Part shown: positions 7,335-13,825 of the stretch, one piece after another
Numbering within the stretch: the stretch's first letter is position 1
Layout of the letters: each line of letters opens with the position of its first letter
Source of the DNA: Candidatus Heimdallarchaeota archaeon
GTDB taxonomy: Archaea > Asgardarchaeota > Heimdallarchaeia > Heimdallarchaeales > Heimdallarchaeaceae
Reading direction: 5' to 3'
DNA length: 13,825 nucleotides
NCBI GenBank assembly: GCA_021399345.1
Contig: JAAFKI010000080.1
Coordinates: forward strand, 1 to 13,825
Notes under the pieces: generated by a model
The model's database searches: none
What the model was told of the DNA's origin: nothing
What the model saw: the letters and a program-made list of their open reading frames with translations, nothing else
Translations under genes and position numbers: made by a program

Positions 7335-10300
7335 ATGGTTCAAGAAAAGTCCAAGAGTTATTTGTTACTCATTATATTGTTCTTAAATTTAGCTAGTTTC
7401 GGATTAGATACAAATATACAAGGAATTCAAGATGTTAATCAAGTTAATAATCTGATTAATGCAGAAGATAATTTCAGCATCATTAATAATCACAAAATAC
7501 ACCAAACTGTCAAATTAAATTATGATCCTATTGATTCCTTCGAAGGTACAGGAAATACTTTTTCAGTTTTAGATGAACTCAGTGTAATGCATTCTACTAG
7601 TCTTTCATTAAATGAAGGTAACAATCAAGAAGACAGTTTTAATCTGCAATCTCCAACTAGTTTTACTCCAGATATTCTTACTTATAACCTATCAATAAGT
7701 AGCACATCTGATATCTATGAGCTTCCGGTTTCTGTTCAAAACAAACATGCAACTCTTGATTCTGGTACAATACGATTAGCTCAAGCTTTTCAAGTTAATT
7801 ATGACTATGCAGTATTTTATGGTGCTGAACTAGATTTGGTAATTGATGGACCTACTCTTAGCAATGATGAAATCGAGCTGTATGTTGTAAAAGCAGATGG
7901 ATTGATTGAACCTAATTTAGCAGATATTCGAGCTTATGAAATTAATGGTCCTTATAATTTATCGAATTCTATTCCTGCGAGCTTATTAGCAAATTATGGT
8001 GATTATGATTTCTTGAATGTAACAAAAACGGGAGAAACAGTATTAGAGATGGGAACATATTTTGTAGTAATAGAGTTAACTGTTGTAGATGACACCGAAG
8101 ATGAATATGACTGGTTAGGTAAGCAAGGAGGAGAATCTGAATATCCTTATTACACTCATGATGGAGCTTCATGGACTCATATATCCGATGAAACAAGAGG
8201 ATTAAATGTAGAATTGATGCAATCTGATTCAGAAGGTAATGCACTTGAAATTACTGACCCTTCAACTATTTCTTTAACTGATAATGCAGTTCCAATAACC
8301 TCACTTACACAAGATATTGTAGGAGATGGAGTTCACACACTTAGTTCAAATACTTCTGTAGAAATCTCTATGAATAATTCATATGCTTTCAATCGAATAA
8401 TTACTGCTTCTTCTACTTACAGTGTGTTAAATTCATCTCACTTGGACGAAACTGTATCTTGGACAATTAACTGGACAAGTGGACTTTTGAATTTACAATC
8501 ATATACAAACCCCATAAGAAGCCAAGAGCTTCATACATCAGATGATTGGAACAATGTTACATTCAGTTTAATGGTAAATGACTCAATCTCTATTCCTGGA
8601 GCTAAAACGTCATCAGGATATCTTTTTGACGTGATCACACTTCTTACAGGTGATAAATATGAATCAGGTAGCTTTTCATTTACAACTACTAGTTTAAATT
8701 ATCTTTATGATATATCATTAAATTCGAATTCGTTTAATTTGGGATACTGGACCACAAATGGAACACATGCAACAGGTTATAATGGATCAACAGTAACAGC
8801 TGATGTTTATATTAAAGATTCTTTATTAAATGACGAACTATCAGGAAATGTCAATTTCACTCTTTATGACCCTAATGGAAATATTGTTCCTGTTAAGAAT
8901 GATAGTCTTTATCCAACCATAATATTTTCGGATGTTACTCCTTATACTATCCTAGATAGTACTCAAGAAAGTGCAGGTACGTATTCGATAAGTACAGTGT
9001 TCGATCCATCAATTAATGGAACAGATATAGAGGGTTCATGGACAGCTGTTTGTTATTGGAATAATGGTACTGAAATTGGTTTTTACAGTTTAACTGTTTC
9101 TGTTAGCAAATCAACAACAGCATCTTTCAGTTGGGAAGAAACAGTTGGGGGAGATGATTACACTAATTCTTCTATTTCGATTGACAGAATAAATCAAGAA
9201 AGTGTAAGTGTTCGAATTTTATATAATAATGTGAGTGATCTATTCTACTCGGGAGAAGGAACACCTATAACAGCTGCCCCCGTTGCCTATAATACTTCAT
9301 GGGGAACATCTGGATTCTTAAGCTTTGTTGATCCTTACTATGAAAGCAATATACTAATTGATACTGTTACTGGTAATTATTCAATTACTCTATCTGCAAC
9401 TGGTTCAAATCTACAAGAGCATTCAATAACTTTCGATATTCACGTTTATCATACTTTTATAATAAATCCAACCTCAGCAGGAAACTTCCAAGCATATTAT
9501 AATGATGATGAATCACTAGTGCAATTCTATGTTGAAGACACTTCAAATTCTAGTGCTTCAATTCTTCCTGATGATTATGCATTCTATTTAGATAATGTTC
9601 TCTTAACCGATATTATAGATTATAATGTTAAAGAGTCTGCAGGTACAAATCTAATTCAATTAGAGCTCTACAGTGATATTGCTGGACTTGATTTACTCCC
9701 AAGCACTTATTCAATCAGAATTTCTGTAACTAAAGATGATTTCATTGTAAACTATAGTCAAGCTAATGCTACTACAACAGTTAACTTACAGATATTGACA
9801 ACTACAACATCCTTAGAAATTGTCTCTTCCGATGATGAAATACATCATGGTAATGAAACAACAATCACTTTTCACTATGTAGATACTATTCATTCAGAGA
9901 ATATCTTGGGAGCAAGTTTTGATATTTCATTTGATCTTGATTCAGAAGATGCAGAGATAATTGGAACTCCAACAGAAACAATGGGATTATATTCAGTTAC
10001 AATTAGAATTAATGCTCCTACAGAACTGAGTATCAACATCTTCCTAACAATCAACAAACCTGGATACGAAGCAAAATCAAGCATAACAATAAAATCAATT
10101 TCGATAATTCCTCCTATAGAAGATGAAGGTATTCCAATTTATATTTACATAATTATTGGCATCTTCGCCTTAATTGTAATAGTTACACCATCAACAGTCT
10201 TTGTTAGAAGAAAGTTTGATAAGGATGAAAGAGCTGAAAAAGCACTTTTTGCAAGAATATATGGTTTGTATGAAAGTGTTTTATCTATTACAAAATTAAT

Positions 10301-10922
10301 AATTGTCCATAAGTCTACTGGCTTACCAGTTTATGAAATGGATTTAGGTTCAGAGATTTCTCTAGATCCTTCACTTATTACAGGATTCCTTACAGCTATT
10401 GCCTCAATGGGTGTGGAGTTAAGAGATGATAAAGCTGGTTCTATTAAAAGACTACAATATAAGAATTTTTCAATAACTGGTTCTGAATCTGGACAATTTA
10501 CTCTTTATACTTTCTCAGAAACAGATCTTAATGAGGAGATAGAAGGGAAATTAACAGTTATTAGTGAGTGGTTCGCTAAAATGTTTAGTGGTGTAACAGA
10601 AGAATGGGATGGATCCACAGAAGTCTTTCGTATAAACCTCCAAGGAATCACTGAAAAAATCATGAAGGAAATTCATCTATGGATTTTTTATCCTTTCACA
10701 GTATCTCCATATAAACAGACTGAGATTGAAGAATTTAATGGTTTACGAAAACGTTTAGTTGAATATATTACTGAAGGAGATAATATTACCATAAGTCGTA
10801 TCTTTGATGAACTTGATGATATTAGGATTGAAAAAGGACTCCCAATAATTTTTGAATTTATTGAAAATGGGATTTTGATTCCCGTTTTCGATGCATATAA
10901 AATTGCTACAGTCCGTTTCTAA
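7335..10922 (+). CDS. Large single-pass membrane protein, paralogue of 3972..7172 (receptor-like R2)
   Basis: The ORF track starts at GTG 7320, but that codon is part of the SD-like motif, so ATG 7335 is more likely. Signal peptide YLLLIILFLNLASFG. Ectodomain motifs shared with R1 (DYAVF.GA.L, INGPY, LGYWTT, DPNGNI.P, FDPS, W.NGT, TSWG). TM at about 10131-10205 followed by RRK. Cytoplasmic DPSLITGFLTAI..IKRLQYKNF..WDG..LWIFYPF..FEFIENGIL. Confidence 0.9.
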   Translation: MVQEKSKSYLLLIILFLNLASFGLDTNIQGIQDVNQVNNLINAEDNFSIINNHKIHQTVKLNYDPIDSFEGTGNTFSVLDELSVMHSTSLSLNEGNNQEDSFNLQSPTSFTPDILTYNLSISSTSDIYELPVSVQNKHATLDSGTIRLAQAFQVNYDYAVFYGAELDLVIDGPTLSNDEIELYVVKADGLIEPNLADIRAYEINGPYNLSNSIPASLLANYGDYDFLNVTKTGETVLEMGTYFVVIELTVVDDTEDEYDWLGKQGGESEYPYYTHDGASWTHISDETRGLNVELMQSDSEGNALEITDPSTISLTDNAVPITSLTQDIVGDGVHTLSSNTSVEISMNNSYAFNRIITASSTYSVLNSSHLDETVSWTINWTSGLLNLQSYTNPIRSQELHTSDDWNNVTFSLMVNDSISIPGAKTSSGYLFDVITLLTGDKYESGSFSFTTTSLNYLYDISLNSNSFNLGYWTTNGTHATGYNGSTVTADVYIKDSLLNDELSGNVNFTLYDPNGNIVPVKNDSLYPTIIFSDVTPYTILDSTQESAGTYSISTVFDPSINGTDIEGSWTAVCYWNNGTEIGFYSLTVSVSKSTTASFSWEETVGGDDYTNSSISIDRINQESVSVRILYNNVSDLFYSGEGTPITAAPVAYNTSWGTSGFLSFVDPYYESNILIDTVTGNYSITLSATGSNLQEHSITFDIHVYHTFIINPTSAGNFQAYYNDDESLVQFYVEDTSNSSASILPDDYAFYLDNVLLTDIIDYNVKESAGTNLIQLELYSDIAGLDLLPSTYSIRISVTKDDFIVNYSQANATTTVNLQILTTTTSLEIVSSDDEIHHGNETTITFHYVDTIHSENILGASFDISFDLDSEDAEIIGTPTETMGLYSVTIRINAPTELSINIFLTINKPGYEAKSSITIKSISIIPPIEDEGIPIYIYIIIGIFALIVIVTPSTVFVRRKFDKDERAEKALFARIYGLYESVLSITKLIIVHKSTGLPVYEMDLGSEISLDPSLITGFLTAIASMGVELRDDKAGSIKRLQYKNFSITGSESGQFTLYTFSETDLNEEIEGKLTVISEWFAKMFSGVTEEWDGSTEVFRINLQGITEKIMKEIHLWIFYPFTVSPYKQTEIEEFNGLRKRLVEYITEGDNITISRIFDELDDIRIEKGLPIIFEFIENGILIPVFDAYKIATVRF

Positions 10923-10944
10923 TCTCTTTTTTCTCTTTCTTTTT
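10923..10944 (+). terminator. Archaeal oligo-T/pyrimidine terminator
   Basis: TCTCTTTTTTCTCTTTCTTTTT immediately after the R2 stop codon. Confidence 0.55.
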
Positions 10945-10960
10945 GAGAAACTATTTTATA
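10945..10960 (+). promoter_or_regulatory. BRE + TATA promoter of the DsrE-like gene
   Basis: GAGAAAC-TATTTTATA, then SD-like GGTGGT at 10983-10988 and a GTG start at 10992. Confidence 0.5.
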
Positions 10961-10991
10961 CCTACTTTTTTAATCATTCTAAGGTGGTTTA

Positions 10992-11330
10992 GTGAAAAAA
11001 ATACTTTTTGTTATTTGGTCAGCAAACAAAGGAATCTTCACTCATGTAATGATGAACGTATTAGACTTCAGTGAAAAAGGATATGAAGTTGGTGTTGTTT
11101 TTGAGAGTGAAGGATGCAAACTAGTTTCAGATTATGAAGAAAACAAGAATGACAAATTTGAGAAAATGAAAGAATTAAACTTGATTGCCTCAGTCTGTAA
11201 AGTTTGTGCAAAATCTCTGGGTGCACTTGAATCAGCTGAAAGGCAGAATCTTCCTATACATGATGATTTGTTTGGTCATACTCCTCTAGAAAAATGGGTA
11301 AAACAAGGATACGAACTAGTATCCGTTTAA
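10992..11330 (+). CDS. DsrE/DsrF-like family protein (sulfur relay/peroxiredoxin-like fold)
   Basis: 112 aa with KILFVI..H..N......GYEVGVVFESEGCKL..VCKVCAKSLG..GH..L..W..QGY, the pattern of CxxC-type DsrE proteins. Confidence 0.8.
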   Translation: MKKILFVIWSANKGIFTHVMMNVLDFSEKGYEVGVVFESEGCKLVSDYEENKNDKFEKMKELNLIASVCKVCAKSLGALESAERQNLPIHDDLFGHTPLEKWVKQGYELVSV

Positions 11331-11345
11331 TTTTATCAAATCATT

Positions 11346-11630
11346 TCAATTGGATATTAATTTCGAGTTATTTCTTGTTATTTTGAATACAACTGGATTT
11401 TTGTAATCAGGACAACAAATAGTTACAGAATCCGGGTCCTCTTCCCAAGGAAAACTTGCACCAATATTTATACCAAGAGCATAAGGATATATTGAATTGA
11501 AAGCTGCTGCGCAGATTTTTCCTCTTTCTTCGGGATATTCAAACTTATCTCCTATTTCATGTCCGTAGGGACAACTACCTGCTTCTAGAATGTTTACAAT
11601 TTCAATGAATGTTGAGTTCTTTTCTGACAT
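11346..11630 (-). CDS. TIGR04076-family small Cys-rich protein
   Basis: GSCPYGHEIGDKF..ICAAAFNSIYPY..G..FPW..CCPD..NPVVFKITR signature. Confidence 0.85.
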   Translation of the reverse strand: MSEKNSTFIEIVNILEAGSCPYGHEIGDKFEYPEERGKICAAAFNSIYPYALGINIGASFPWEEDPDSVTICCPDYKNPVVFKITRNNSKLISN

Positions 11631-11640
11631 ACTTCTACAT

Positions 11641-12147
11641 CTACTTTTTCTGTTTCTTTAATGCTGACATAAGTTTTTCTCGTAAATCTTGATCGGAATA
11701 ACCTCCTACTCTCTTCATCGTAGAAACAATTTGACCAAAATGTGTATGCTCATGCAATAACATTCCAGCAATTAATTTTGCTCGAGTGTTTACTCCAAAA
11801 CCTGAATCTATTACCTCCTCCTCTTGTTCGGGTGTTAGTTTTTCCATTTCACTCTTCAGTTTGGATGTAATTCTTTCAAATTCCTTTTTCATTTCTTCCA
11901 AAGGAACCTTTCCTTCTGGTTTAGTACCATATTGAAGACCATGTTTACTATCTTCAATTTCCAAACCTGGGAAATAATTCTTTAACCAAGTGATTGAAGA
12001 AAGAAGATGCCTAAAGGTATTCTCTGGTGACCACAATTCTTCTTCCAGCTTTCCATACCATATTTTTTCAGGAAGATCTTCAAAAAGCAAGAAGAAATTA
12101 TTTCTTTCTTTTTGTGTTGCTTCAAACAAATCAATTAATTTATACAT
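11641..12147 (-). CDS. DinB/YfiT-like metal-dependent four-helix-bundle protein
   Basis: WSPENTFRHL and HEHTHFGQI supply the three-His metal site of the DinB_2 superfamily. The gene is probably co-transcribed with the TIGR04076 gene (10-bp gap). Confidence 0.85.
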   Translation of the reverse strand: MYKLIDLFEATQKERNNFFLLFEDLPEKIWYGKLEEELWSPENTFRHLLSSITWLKNYFPGLEIEDSKHGLQYGTKPEGKVPLEEMKKEFERITSKLKSEMEKLTPEQEEEVIDSGFGVNTRAKLIAGMLLHEHTHFGQIVSTMKRVGGYSDQDLREKLMSALKKQKK

Positions 12148-12171
12148 ATTAAAATAAAGAAAATGAAACTT

Positions 12172-12180
12172 CTATAAAAA
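12172..12180 (-). promoter_or_regulatory. TATA box of the DinB-like/TIGR04076 unit (leaderless)
   Basis: TTTTTATAG on the minus strand, about 24 nt upstream of ATG 12147. Confidence 0.5.
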
Positions 12181-12291
12181 TTGCATTCATACAAAGTAAT
12201 TCTCAGATGGAGTAATAATGAGATTAATTCCATTTATTGATTTTATCTCTGATAATATCCAAGAAAAGAAGATCTCACTTAAGAAGTTCTG

Positions 12292-13584
12292 CTAAACTAT
12301 ATTGGGATTAATAAAAGTTATTATCCAAATTATCCAATAACCTATAATTAGAATGACACCAATCCCACTAATTATTCTCTTTTTCCCTTCCAGAAGTTTG
12401 ATTCCAGAAGCATTCACAGCTCCAAAAATTATCATGAAAATGACGCTTGCAGCCATGGCAACTACTTCTAAACTGAACAATAGAACAAAAATCATACTTA
12501 GAATGCCTGAAATGATTATCGCTCTCATTGGAACTCTTGTTTTTGGACTTATTTTTGCAAATGCCTTTGGAATTATTCGTTCATGAGAAAGCATGTAGGA
12601 TAATCTAGAAGAACCCATTAAAGTAGCGTTTATTGCTGATGCAGCTGAAATTATTGCTGCAATTGCCATAATAATCGCACCTGTTTCCTTCAGAAATGAT
12701 TGTCGAGCTGCATGAGTTAGAATTACCTCTCCCATTTCTCCGACATCCGAACCTAATATTCCTACAGTTATAATTGCCACAGAAACATAAAGAATGAGTA
12801 CAATAATAATGGAGAGATACATCCCAATGGGTAAATCTCTTTCTGGATTCTTCATCTCTTCAACAGAGTTAGAGAGAATTTCAAAACCCTCCATGGAAAC
12901 AAAAATAAGGACAGAGCTCGTAATTACAGGTATTATTGTTTGACCAAAAGTACTAGAAAGGGAGAAATTAGTTTTTTGAACTGCAAAAATACCAGTAATG
13001 ATATAAAAAACCAAAATTGATACTTTTGTCAGAACAAGCAAGTTTTGTGCTCTACTCGATTCTTTAACTCCAAGCATATTAAGCCCAATAAACAGAAGTA
13101 TACTAATTAGCTGATAAATAAAAGCTGATGAAGTGACGGTATAATCAAATGCACCAAAAGGAGGATGAAACTCCCAAAGAACTTTTTCTCCAAAAATAGG
13201 TAAAACCTCTCCCAAATATCTCCCAAATGTCATAGCATAAAGACTAATAGAGAAGGTATATCCAAACCATAGAATTATACCTAAAAAACCTGAAAACCAT
13301 TTCTTCTTGAAAGCTTGTTGAGCATAAATAAAAGCTCCACCAGCTTTAGGATATCTCAAGGCTAAATGAACATAGCTGAAGGCAGTAAAGGAACTTACAA
13401 CACCTGCTAGAATGAACGATAAAAATGCCATTGGGCCTGTGTTATTGATTACTATACCTAGAACGCTAAAAACACCTCCACCAATAAGCGCACCAACCGC
13501 AATACCTAGAGCTTCCTTTAAGCCAAGCTCTTTAGATAATTGGATTTTTACATCGTTAGTGTCGGTGGTTTGGTCTTTTGCCAT
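12292..13584 (-). CDS. APC-superfamily amino acid permease
   Basis: 430 aa with about 12 hydrophobic segments. Motifs: LGLKEALGIAVGALIGGGVF, YPKAGGAFIY, GFEILSNSVEEMKNPERDLP, SSRLSYMLS. SD-like GGGGT upstream. Confidence 0.95.
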   Translation of the reverse strand: MAKDQTTDTNDVKIQLSKELGLKEALGIAVGALIGGGVFSVLGIVINNTGPMAFLSFILAGVVSSFTAFSYVHLALRYPKAGGAFIYAQQAFKKKWFSGFLGIILWFGYTFSISLYAMTFGRYLGEVLPIFGEKVLWEFHPPFGAFDYTVTSSAFIYQLISILLFIGLNMLGVKESSRAQNLLVLTKVSILVFYIITGIFAVQKTNFSLSSTFGQTIIPVITSSVLIFVSMEGFEILSNSVEEMKNPERDLPIGMYLSIIIVLILYVSVAIITVGILGSDVGEMGEVILTHAARQSFLKETGAIIMAIAAIISAASAINATLMGSSRLSYMLSHERIIPKAFAKISPKTRVPMRAIIISGILSMIFVLLFSLEVVAMAASVIFMIIFGAVNASGIKLLEGKKRIISGIGVILIIGYWIIWIITFINPNIV

Positions 13585-13697
13585 TTGTACCCCAACTGAA
13601 TGAAAAAAAAATCAGAATGGAATTTATATTTGTTTGGGTAATCTTCATTTTTACTTTTAATATAAGAAACTTTTTGTACATTTTTTGGTGTTTATAT

Positions 13698-13825
13698 AGT
13701 GTGACGTAGATTCTACTATGAAGGATTGTAGATATGCACCGCTTCACGGTGATCCTCGGGTCTACATCCAACAACCATCCAAAAGCGAACCGTAAGCATC
13801 TTTGTATGAAGATGTGGGCGGGGTA
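13698..13825 (+). ncRNA. Structured non-coding element (candidate ncRNA or IS end), truncated by the window edge
   Basis: GC-richer than its surroundings and preceded by TTTATATA (13691-13698). Stems: GGATTGTAGA 13723-13732/TCTACATCC 13761-13769 enclosing CACCG 13737-13741/CGGTG 13747-13751; CATCTT 13797-13802/AAGATG 13809-13814. Identity and strand are uncertain. Confidence 0.4.

Noticed and set aside
7969-10084. ORFs 7969..8244 (-) and 9890..10084 (-)
   Set aside because: Antisense shadows of R2.
3972-10922. Large membrane proteins as plain S-layer proteins or sensor kinases
   Set aside because: They carry a ~230-aa folded cytoplasmic module that S-layer anchors lack, and no HisKA/HATPase, kinase or cyclase motifs are visible.
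12353-13774. ORFs 12353..12586 (+), 13412..13603 (+) and 13556..13774 (-)
   Set aside because: The first two are antisense shadows of the permease. The third runs through promoter DNA and the structured element; its VDP similarity to the TnpB C-terminus reflects only a 9-nt match (TGTAGACCC).

Overview
AT-rich archaeal DNA, most likely from an Asgard archaeon. The evidence is a two-domain gelsolin, four longin-like domains, archaeal BRE/TATA promoters, leaderless genes and GGGGT Shine-Dalgarno motifs. From left to right the window holds: the 3' part of a TnpB gene with a rearranged RuvC-II site and a structured 3' (omegaRNA-like) end abutting the gelsolin stop codon; a 2-domain gelsolin with a basic/aromatic tail; and a Zn-ribbon protein. 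Next comes a cluster of four paralogues that share a longin-like plus winged-helix module: two soluble proteins and two >1000-aa single-pass membrane proteins with glycosylation-site-rich beta ectodomains. It ends with DsrE-like, TIGR04076-like, DinB-like and APC permease genes, and a structured non-coding element at the right edge that resembles the TnpB 3' RNA region. The best candidate for an undescribed system is the longin/wHTH receptor-plus-soluble-partner cluster (about 2160-10922). All family assignments come from motif recognition by eye; no database searches were run.
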